Source: Myxococcota bacterium (GTDB lineage Bacteria; Myxococcota_A; UBA9160; UBA6930). Taken from it: 64,000 nt of DNA. Positions 1-7,338 of the stretch are shown here, piece after piece. The stretch is from positions 1 through 64,000 of the forward strand of contig OZ245015.1 of assembly GCA_965223705.1 (NCBI GenBank), in the 5' to 3' direction. A program made the position numbers and the translations under genes. The stretch's first letter is position 1. The number at the start of each line of letters is the position of its first letter. The notes under the pieces are model-generated. The model saw only the letters and a list, made by a program, of their open reading frames with translations. It did not search any database and was not told where the DNA came from.

Positions 1-568
1 CGTCACGCATCGCGCGTGACACACAAAAGTGGTCGTCTGCGAGCCGACCGAACGCGATCTCGAGCAGACGAACCCCTCTCACGACGGGGTGCCGATTCCC
101 GAGTCGAAGCGCCAGCACGGAGTCTCCGAAGTTGTGCCAATCGATGACGAAGCGCGCTCCGCGAAGGCGAGCCGCGCACCAAGCCACCGGCAGCGTGGGA
201 AGGCTCGGCGGGCTCTGAACGAGTAGGGCGTCGGGACGATCGACCCGGAAGAGCAGCAGACCGAGCAAGTGAGTTGCCTGCACGACGAACCGTAGCAGGG
301 CCACCGGGAGGTAAAGCAGGCGGGGCACGCGATCAAATACCTTCGCAGAGACAAGGGAGTGCACGCGGAGTTGCGCGTGATCTTCCGCTGCGCTGCCGAT
401 TGAAGTCTCGCGATAACCGACCAGATCCACCAGGACGCCGTTGTTCGCGAGGGCGAGCGCGTGGTACAAAATTCTGGGGCTCCGCCCTAGATCGCCGAGC
501 ACGAGCACGAGAACTCGGGAAGGCTCGCCTCGAACGTCGTCGGGCGCTGTGCGGTCGCTGGTAGACAC
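1..568 (-). CDS. ALG1-like beta-1,4-mannosyltransferase (GT33), 5' part only; runs off the left edge
   Basis: Not in the ORF track. Manual translation from GTG at 568 is stop-free to position 1: ...RVLVLVLGDLGRSPRILYHALALANNGVLVDLVGY...DALLVQSPPSLPTLPVAWCAARLRGARFVIDWHNFGDSVLALRLGNRHPVVRGVRLLEIAFGRLADDHFCVSRAMRD. It matches the ALG1 hallmark motifs LGD(V/L)GRSPR..YHA, QNPP, IDWHN, HP(L/V)V and CV(T/S).AM in the right order. Confidence 0.88.
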   Translation of the reverse strand, partial: MSTSDRTAPDDVRGEPSRVLVLVLGDLGRSPRILYHALALANNGVLVDLVGYRETSIGSAAEDHAQLRVHSLVSAKVFDRVPRLLYLPVALLRFVVQATHLLGLLLFRVDRPDALLVQSPPSLPTLPVAWCAARLRGARFVIDWHNFGDSVLALRLGNRHPVVRGVRLLEIAFGRLADDHFCVSRAMRD

Positions 569-603
569 GCGCGTAGGGTGACACGTCCGGCCGGGAGAGA
601 GTA

Positions 604-1764
604 TTGAGCTCGCATCGCCAAGAAGACCGACCGGTTCGCATCGCGATCGCGTGCGGCGGAACGGTCGGACACGTGGCGCCCTCCCTCGCGGTCGTTGAGA
701 CCTTGAAAGAGCGACAGCCCGAAGCCGATGTACTTTTTCTCGGGGCGAACATCGGTCCAGAAGCCGATCTCATCCGTAGCCGCGGACACCGTTTCGAACC
801 TTTGCCCGCGTCCGCGTTCTTCCGTGTGCCCCTGCGGCGTCGCCCCCTCGCTATGTGGAACGCATTAACCGGTGCGCGCCGCGCGCGACGACTCCTGCGA
901 GACCACGGCACGCAACTCCTCCTCGGTTTCGGCGGCTACGGCTCGGTCGGAGCCGTGCTCGCTGCGTCAAGCCTTCGCATTCCGGTCGTTCTACATGAAC
1001 TGAACGCGCAGCCCGGCCTCACGAACTGGGTGCTGGCGCGACTCGCCCGTCGCGTGCTCGGCAGCTTCAACCCGATGGTGCTCGGCGGCCGACCGGCCAC
1101 GTGCGTCGGAACGCCCGTCGAAAGCCATGTCCTCGCGAGCGGGGAGGAACGCGAGCCCCCTCAGCCGGGATCTCTCCGAGTTCTGGTGTGCGGTGGAACC
1201 GCGGGTTCCCGTTTTCTCGACGACCGCGTCCCGGAGCTCTTGGCGCGGCTCGCCCGACGGGGCATCAAGGTCCAGGTTCTTCACTCGGTCGGTTCAACGC
1301 CCGCCGAAGGACCGCGCGCGGCGTATGCGCGCGCCGGCATCGAGGCGCACCTGACGCCTTTCATCGAGCAGATGGCCGGGGCTTATGCGTGGGCCGACGT
1401 TGCCGTGGCCTGCGGCGGGGCGGCCACACTGGCCGAACTCGCATCCGCCGGGCTGCCGGCGTTGCTGGTGCCTCTCGCCGAAGCGGCGCTCGATCATCAA
1501 GCTGCAAACGTCGAACGCTTCTCCGAACGAACCGGCGCCCTGTGGACGACCGAGGCCGAATGGGATCCCGAATCCCTGGTATCGAGCTTGGAAACGCTGG
1601 CCGTGAACCCGGCCGCCTGGCTCGCGGCATCGGACGGAATGCGACGCGCCCACGATCCGCGCGCGGCTGCGAACGTCGTGGCGGCTTGCTTCGAGACGCT
1701 CGGCGCGAACGCGCGAAATGTCTCCACCTTTGAAGCGCGACGCGGTACCGAAGCTCACCCCTAA
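604..1764 (+). CDS. MurG-like glycosyltransferase (GT28), divergent, outside a dcw cluster
   Basis: GGTVGH (cf. GGTGGH), GFGGYGS, HELNAQPGLTN, GTPV, and FIEQMAGAYAWAD...GAATLAELASAGLPALLVP...DHQAAN are MurG motifs with several substitutions. Confidence 0.85.
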   Translation: MSSHRQEDRPVRIAIACGGTVGHVAPSLAVVETLKERQPEADVLFLGANIGPEADLIRSRGHRFEPLPASAFFRVPLRRRPLAMWNALTGARRARRLLRDHGTQLLLGFGGYGSVGAVLAASSLRIPVVLHELNAQPGLTNWVLARLARRVLGSFNPMVLGGRPATCVGTPVESHVLASGEEREPPQPGSLRVLVCGGTAGSRFLDDRVPELLARLARRGIKVQVLHSVGSTPAEGPRAAYARAGIEAHLTPFIEQMAGAYAWADVAVACGGAATLAELASAGLPALLVPLAEAALDHQAANVERFSERTGALWTTEAEWDPESLVSSLETLAVNPAAWLAASDGMRRAHDPRAAANVVAACFETLGANARNVSTFEARRGTEAHP

Positions 1765-1770
1765 CTCGTC

Positions 1771-4380
1771 ATGGCAGTGAATCGACTTCTCTCCTGCGTG
1801 CTCCTCGTAGCCGTGGTCGCCCTCGTCTTTTGGCTCCGCACAGCTCCTCTTTCCTTGGCGGCCGTGAACGACATGGCGGCGCATTTCGTCACGATGGAGA
1901 TCAGCGAGCGAATCGCGCGGGAAACAGAGCCCGATCCTTCTCCAGAGAAATACCGCACCGCCATCCTTCGAAACGTCGAGGAATGGTTCGAGAGCAACGA
2001 GGAGGAGTTCCGAACGAAAGTCGGCGAGCGCGCCGACTCGCTCAAGTCGCAGTTTCGCGTCACGTGGGGTGATGGCCGGAAACAAGCCTATCTCGGAGAC
2101 ACGGACAGCTATCACTGGTTGCGGGCCGCGCGCAACTACATCCGTCGGGGAACGACGTGCGACGACGTCGTCGACGACGAATGCCGAGACACCTACGGCA
2201 ATGCACCGGTGGGCCACCGGATGCTCTACAACCGCTCGGTGCACATCGCCGCCATCGTGGGCGTCGATCGCCTCGTCGACCACTTCGATCCCGAGTTCCC
2301 CCTCGTCGCCGCCGCATTCTGGGTACCCGTCATCGTCGCCGTACTCGGCGTGATTCCCGCCTTCTTCGTCGGGCGCCGATTCGCGGGAAACCTGGGCGGC
2401 CTCTTCGCCGCCGTCGTCACCTCGATTCATCCCGTGCTTCTGATGAGAAGCATCGGGAGCGACAACGATATTTGGCACGGAGTCCTACCACTGTTCGCGT
2501 TTTGGGCTGCGGTCGAAGCGCTTCGCGCGAAGCGCTTTCACCTCCTCGGGCTCGCGGCACTTGCTGGAGGTGTGGCGGGGGTCCATGCGGCGACGTGGCG
2601 TGGGGGGCTCTTCTTCTTTGTCGTGTTTCTCTCCGGCCTGCTGGCCGCGGCTGCACTCTCCTTTTTCCGCGCGATGCTCCGGAAACACGATGGCGTGCCC
2701 TGGTGGCGCAACCCCGAGGCCGGCCGGGCGCTCCTCGTAGCGGGTGCCTATGTCCTGGCCACTGTGGCGGTCGCGGGTGCCGCCGGAACCGAAGAATCTC
2801 GGTCGTTCTTCGCCGCTCCGCTGGAGTTTCTTCAAACGGACGGAGATGTGCCCGAAGCGGCGGTCGGAGACGCGCAATGGCCGAGTGTCTTCAGCACGGT
2901 GTGGGAGCTCAAGAAACCGGAGCTGTCCGACCTCGCCCCGTTTATGGGCGCCGAGATCTATTTGGCGCTCGCCGTCGCCGGCATCGTATCCGCGTTGATG
3001 ATTTCGCTTCGCGCGCCCGGCGAGAGCCGGCCGACCCTCGGTGGGACGTTGATCCTGGTGGCGTGGTTCGTCGGCGCGTTTGATCTGGCGCTGCGCGGTC
3101 AGCGCTTTTCGCTCCTGTTCGTCGTTCCGTTCGGAATAGGGCTCGCGTGCCTCGTCGGTTGGCTCTACGACACCGTCTGCCGACGACTTCCCGAGCCCCC
3201 GAGCGCGCTCGGTAAACGGCTGTTGGAATCCGGTGTCGGTGCGGTTCTCTTGCTGCTCTTGATTCCTCCCGTGATGGCCGGTCACGCGACCGCTCGGAAC
3301 TACCTGCCGCAGATCGACAACGCGTGGTGGGAGACGCTGGTCAAGATCCGGGAAGAGTCGAGCCCCGACGCCATCGTGAATTCCTGGTGGGACTACGGGT
3401 ACTGGATCAAGTATCTGGCCGAGCGACGCGTGAGCGTCGACGGCGGAACGCTCCGCACCCACGCTCATCACTGGATCGCGAAGGCCTTGCTCGCGCGCGA
3501 CGAGACCGAGGCGGTCGGCATCCTCCGCATGCTCAACTGCGGATCCGACGCCACGCCGTTTCCCGAAGGCGAGCTCGGCGCCTACGGGAAATTGATCGCA
3601 GCCGGTCAGAGCGGTGTCGACGCATACACCGCCCTCTCGACGATCGTGGTGATGGACGCGGCCGAAGCCCGCGCGCACTTGGCAGCGATCGGTTTGACGG
3701 AAGACCAACTGAGGGGCGTTCTCGGTTCGAGTCACTGCGATCCCCCCGAGTCTTTCGTGGTTCTCGACCAGTCCCTCGAGCAAAAAAGCGGTGCTTTGAT
3801 GCGTATCGGGTTGTGGGATGTCGCGACAGGCGTCGCACCGGCGTTCCCCATCCGCCCCACCGTCTGGATGCAGTGCTTCGTCGTCTCTCCGGGGTCCCTG
3901 ATCGAATGCCCGCTGGGACCGATGCGCTACGGCCCCCACCTGGGACAGACGGCGTTCTCCTACGACCCTACATCGCCTGAGACGGGGCGCATCGTTCTTC
4001 GCGCGCCTCCGGAGGAAACGGCGGCCCCGCCTCCGGAGGAAGCCGCGGCTGCGCCCGTAGCAGGTCAGACGACCCTGCTCGAGCACACCCTGCCGGCGGC
4101 CGTCCTCGTGGCAGGGGAAGATGGGCTCTCGCGTGGAACCGCGCCTGATGTTCCCCAAATCGAAGTGTTGCTAGATGCCGCGAACGGCCGCGTCTTAGTC
4201 GGCCCGCCCCACTTCGTCGGCTCGACGTTCTCGCAGCTCTTCTTTCTCGAGGGTCGCTACTCGAAACACTTCGAAGCGTTCGATCGACGAGCCACGTTCA
4301 TGGGAAATGTCGTAACCGCTTGGAAGATTCGCTGGAAGTTGGCGGAGAGGGAGGGATTCGAACCCTCGATGGGCGATTAA
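1771..4380 (+). CDS. Oligosaccharyltransferase, STT3/AglB/PglB family
   Basis: Multi-TM N-terminal half with DTDSYHW, RSIGSDND (DxD), STVWE (EL5 TIxE-like) and GQRF; C-terminal NSWWDYG and VDGGT. Confidence 0.92.
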   Translation: MAVNRLLSCVLLVAVVALVFWLRTAPLSLAAVNDMAAHFVTMEISERIARETEPDPSPEKYRTAILRNVEEWFESNEEEFRTKVGERADSLKSQFRVTWGDGRKQAYLGDTDSYHWLRAARNYIRRGTTCDDVVDDECRDTYGNAPVGHRMLYNRSVHIAAIVGVDRLVDHFDPEFPLVAAAFWVPVIVAVLGVIPAFFVGRRFAGNLGGLFAAVVTSIHPVLLMRSIGSDNDIWHGVLPLFAFWAAVEALRAKRFHLLGLAALAGGVAGVHAATWRGGLFFFVVFLSGLLAAAALSFFRAMLRKHDGVPWWRNPEAGRALLVAGAYVLATVAVAGAAGTEESRSFFAAPLEFLQTDGDVPEAAVGDAQWPSVFSTVWELKKPELSDLAPFMGAEIYLALAVAGIVSALMISLRAPGESRPTLGGTLILVAWFVGAFDLALRGQRFSLLFVVPFGIGLACLVGWLYDTVCRRLPEPPSALGKRLLESGVGAVLLLLLIPPVMAGHATARNYLPQIDNAWWETLVKIREESSPDAIVNSWWDYGYWIKYLAERRVSVDGGTLRTHAHHWIAKALLARDETEAVGILRMLNCGSDATPFPEGELGAYGKLIAAGQSGVDAYTALSTIVVMDAAEARAHLAAIGLTEDQLRGVLGSSHCDPPESFVVLDQSLEQKSGALMRIGLWDVATGVAPAFPIRPTVWMQCFVVSPGSLIECPLGPMRYGPHLGQTAFSYDPTSPETGRIVLRAPPEETAAPPPEEAAAAPVAGQTTLLEHTLPAAVLVAGEDGLSRGTAPDVPQIEVLLDAANGRVLVGPPHFVGSTFSQLFFLEGRYSKHFEAFDRRATFMGNVVTAWKIRWKLAEREGFEPSMGD

Positions 4381-4430
4381 CCCATACTCCCTTAGCAGGG
4401 GAGCGCCTTCAGCCGCTCGGCCACCTCTCC
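4340..4430 (-). tRNA. tRNA-Ser (anticodon GCT)
   Basis: Reverse complement reads GGAGAGGTGGCCGAGCGG...CTCCCCT-GCT-AAGGGAG...long variable arm...GGTTCGAATCC...CCTCTCCGCCA, with encoded CCA. Confidence 0.96.
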
Positions 4431-4476
4431 GCGGCGCCAAAGATAGCGAGCCCTTCGGAATCGGTCGGGCCCTTCG

Positions 4477-5355
4477 TCACCCTCGCAGCAGCGATCGCAA
4501 TCCCTTTTCGAGCTCGTCCCAGCGGGTGTCGTACTGCTGTTCCACCCGTGTGACAAGGTAGGCGGTTTGCGAAACCGCCGATAGCTCGCGCGGCCCTCGC
4601 CGCTTGACGAGCCTACTTCCGGGCCGGCTCACCTCATTTCTGAGCTTTGCGACGACATCGGGGACAAACACCGCGCAATGCCCTCTGGATGCCAGCTCGA
4701 GGGCGGTCTGCAGCATCGAGAGCCGGTAGCGCACCAAGCGGGGCACGCGCTCTGGCCAACCGTCGACTGCAGGTGCCCCCGACGGCGCAGCCGCCAGCAT
4801 CGACACCGGGACGGCGAAAGGAAGCTCTCGGAACGGAGCCCCCGCGAATGCTTTCTGTCGCACGTAGATGCCGAAGTTCATTTTCGCGATCGGGCGAAAA
4901 GAAAGCTCCGTGTGGGGATAAGGCACGTACGTGAGGCCGACGTCGACGCGACGGTCGAGGACCGCGCGCTCGATCTGGCGTGTGGGCAAGTCGACGATTC
5001 GCAGCTCACCACCCAACACGCCTCGGTCGACCAACGACGCGAGGATACTCGTCGTGAAGACTTCAAAGGACGCGATCGCTTGTGGCGCTGGATGGAGCCC
5101 CTCAGAGGACAGATCTTCTCGAAGTCGCCGAAGCTCTTCGAAAATTCTCTCGCTCGAGGCGTATAGGCGATGCGCTTCGTCGGTCGGCACCAACTTCCGG
5201 CCAGCACGCACAAAAAGCCGACGATCGATCTCGGCCTCGAGCGTTCGAATCGCTTTCGAAAGCGCGCCGGGCGTCACGTGGGCGAGCCGGGCTGCTCGGG
5301 TGAGGCCACCGGTTTCCATCACCGTCCTGAAGTAGCGGAGACGTTCGAGATCCAT
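4477..5355 (-). CDS. LysR-family transcriptional regulator
   Basis: N-terminal MDLERLRYF...GLTRAARLAHVTPGALSKAIRTLEAEI...LFVR helix-turn-helix; about 292 aa. Confidence 0.9.
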   Translation of the reverse strand: MDLERLRYFRTVMETGGLTRAARLAHVTPGALSKAIRTLEAEIDRRLFVRAGRKLVPTDEAHRLYASSERIFEELRRLREDLSSEGLHPAPQAIASFEVFTTSILASLVDRGVLGGELRIVDLPTRQIERAVLDRRVDVGLTYVPYPHTELSFRPIAKMNFGIYVRQKAFAGAPFRELPFAVPVSMLAAAPSGAPAVDGWPERVPRLVRYRLSMLQTALELASRGHCAVFVPDVVAKLRNEVSRPGSRLVKRRGPRELSAVSQTAYLVTRVEQQYDTRWDELEKGLRSLLRG

Positions 5356-5379
5356 TTGTTTCCTTCGGCTCAACGATCA

Positions 5380-5404
5380 TGTCGTACTTTTCGCTTTGAC
5401 GACA
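5380..5404. promoter_or_regulatory. Inverted repeat in the LysR divergent intergenic region (possible operator)
   Basis: TGTCGT-N13-ACGACA in an AT-richer spacer between the divergent lysR and STAS/SEC14 genes. Confidence 0.3.
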
Positions 5405-5451
5405 GAATAGATGCGGCACCCTCTACGTGACACACGAACCGTGGAGCCCCG

Positions 5452-5847
5452 ATGAACGCGAAGTCCCATCGCTTTTACGACCTCGATTTCAATGCCGCGA
5501 ACAACCTCCTCTCCTTTCTGTGGAAGGAAGACACTTCCGAGATGAACGACGAGGATTTCAAGAACGGCCTGCGCGATTTCGCTTTGACCGCCGGGAAACA
5601 CGGCGCCACTCGTCTGCTCGTCGACCTTCGCAGGTTCCGACATCGACCCGGCGATGAAGTGATGGCGTGGCGAGGAGCCGAAGTGACGCCTCTCTACCAC
5701 CTCGTCGGAGTCGAACGCTTCGCCTATGTGCTGCCGGAAGGGGCTCCCGCACCACCGGCCGACGCCCCCGACCGCAACCCCGGAGAGAACTTCTCAACCC
5801 GCTATTTTGCGAAGCCAGCCGAAGCCGAGGCGTGGGTCACGAGCTAG
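5452..5847 (+). CDS. STAS/SEC14-like (SpoIIAA-like) small protein
   Basis: LLVDLRRF...W...V.P....GVERFAYVLP...TRYF...AEAEAW pattern; divergent from lysR. Confidence 0.6.
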   Translation: MNAKSHRFYDLDFNAANNLLSFLWKEDTSEMNDEDFKNGLRDFALTAGKHGATRLLVDLRRFRHRPGDEVMAWRGAEVTPLYHLVGVERFAYVLPEGAPAPPADAPDRNPGENFSTRYFAKPAEAEAWVTS

Positions 5848-5872
5848 CCAAAGGCCCAGCCGCGCCCCGCAA

Positions 5873-5938
5873 GCCGCGCGTTAGCGCGGCGCGCAGCGAC
5901 GCGAGCGAAGCGGGGCGGGCTCGGCTCCGCCGAGCCCG
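5873..5938. terminator. GC-rich hairpins between convergent STAS/SEC14 gene and tRNA-Ser(TGA)
   Basis: GCCGCGC-GTTA-GCGCGGC (5873-5890) and a perfect 10-bp stem CGGGCTCGGC-TCC-GCCGAGCCCG (5916-5938); no U-tract. Confidence 0.45.
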
Positions 5939-5950
5939 GGCCCACAAGGC

Positions 5951-6040
5951 TGGCGGAGAGGGTGGGATTCGAACCCACGAGGCGCGTGAACGCCTAGCGG
6001 TTTTCAAGACCGCCGCCTTCAACCACTCGGCCACCTCTCC
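5951..6040 (-). tRNA. tRNA-Ser (anticodon TGA)
   Basis: Reverse complement reads GGAGAGGTGGCCGAGTGG...GCGGTCT-TGA-AAACCGC...long variable arm...GGTTCGAATCCCACCCTCTCCGCCA. Confidence 0.96.
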
Positions 6041-6093
6041 GCAACCACGAGAAGACTACAACGAGGCGACTCGGAAGCACCCAGCGTCCGAGG

Positions 6094-7338
6094 CTAATCG
6101 ACGCCGCCCGTCGGGATCTTCCGGAAGGGCAGATCTTTGTCGGCGCGCGCGTCGGGAGGGAGCCTCAGCACGCGCTCCGCGATGATGTTGCGCAGGATGT
6201 CATCGGTACCTCCCGCGATCCGCATGCCGGGCGCCCACAGGAAGAATTCCTGCCAGCTTCCGGAGAAGGCGGTCAGAGAGGGGTCGAGGAGCGCGGCGGA
6301 GCTGCCCTGCAACTCGACCGCAAAGGACGCCATCTCCTGATTGAGTGGAGCCGACACGAGCTTCCCGATCGAGCCCTCCGGGCCTGGAATCGCGCCGCGA
6401 GAAAGCGCCGTCAACGTGCGGTAGCTCGTGTAGCGAAGACCCTCGCTGCGGACGTAGAAGTCGGCGATCCGCTGCTGCACCGCGGAGTCTTCGATCGCGG
6501 GCCGCCCTTCGAGCTCGACGCGCTCGGTGAGCTCGATCAAGTCGAGGACGCCGAGGGCCGGGCCCAGGACGTCATCCGCCGCGACGCGTTCGTTCATCAG
6601 CGTGGTGAGAGCGACGGCCCAGCCGTTTCCCACCTCGGAAATCCGATTGGCGTCGGGGATCCGTACGTCGGTGAGGAAGACCTCGTTGAAGTTCGCCCCA
6701 CCGGTGATCTGGCGGATTGGGCGCACCTCGATCCCCGGACTCTTCATGTCCACCACGAAGTAAGTGAGACCGGCGTGCTTCACCGCATCGGGATCCGAGC
6801 GCGCGACGAGGATGCCCCATTGCGAGTGATGCGCGCCGGAGGTCCAGATCTTCTGTCCCGTGACGATCCAATCCTCCCCATCGCGTTCGGCGCGGGTGCG
6901 AAGGCCGGCCAAGTCCGATCCCGCCCCGGGTTCGCTGAAGAGTTGGCACCAGATCTCCTCTCCCCGGAGCATCGGCGGCAGCCAACGTTCCTGCTGAGCC
7001 GCGCTGCCGTGGGTCATCAGCGTCGGCCCGGCCAGGCCGATTCCCAGGAGAAAGATGTCCGGGGGGACCCGGAAGCGGGATTCCTCTTGGTGCCAGATCA
7101 CCGCCTCGATGGGCGTTCCACCGCGACCGCCGTACGCAACGGGCCAGGTGATGCCCGCCCATCCGGCCGCGGCTTTGCGGGCCTGCCAGCTTTGGGCCTC
7201 CGCGATCGCCGCCGGATCGTCGCCTTCTTCGAAGCCGGGATTCGATTCCCCGGGACCCAGGCGCGTGGCATTCGCTTCGAGCCAGGCCCGCGCCTCGTCT
7301 CGAAAGCGCGCTTCCTCGGGACTATCCCTGAAGTCCAA
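6094..7338 (-). CDS. Acyl-CoA dehydrogenase (FadE17/FadE26-like subunit)
   Basis: Probable TTG start at MDFRDSPEEARFR; WCQLFSEPGAGSDLA, GQKIWTSGA, FNEVFL, IAGGTDDILRNIIAER. Confidence 0.92.
   Translation of the reverse strand: MDFRDSPEEARFRDEARAWLEANATRLGPGESNPGFEEGDDPAAIAEAQSWQARKAAAGWAGITWPVAYGGRGGTPIEAVIWHQEESRFRVPPDIFLLGIGLAGPTLMTHGSAAQQERWLPPMLRGEEIWCQLFSEPGAGSDLAGLRTRAERDGEDWIVTGQKIWTSGAHHSQWGILVARSDPDAVKHAGLTYFVVDMKSPGIEVRPIRQITGGANFNEVFLTDVRIPDANRISEVGNGWAVALTTLMNERVAADDVLGPALGVLDLIELTERVELEGRPAIEDSAVQQRIADFYVRSEGLRYTSYRTLTALSRGAIPGPEGSIGKLVSAPLNQEMASFAVELQGSSAALLDPSLTAFSGSWQEFFLWAPGMRIAGGTDDILRNIIAERVLRLPPDARADKDLPFRKIPTGGVD

Noticed and set aside
29..911. ORF-track entries 29..226, 79..354, 274..564, 333..911 and 487..789
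   Set aside because: Shadow ORFs overlapping the ALG1-like and MurG-like genes in other frames; no recognisable motifs.
5951..6040. tRNA-Sec (selC), given selD/selB nearby
   Set aside because: The anticodon is TGA (reads Ser UCA), not TCA, and the acceptor stem is a normal 7 bp.
4195..6185. Small ORFs spanning the tRNAs (4195..4440, 4320..4553, 5667..6185, 5837..6034)
   Set aside because: They are translations of tRNA sequence.
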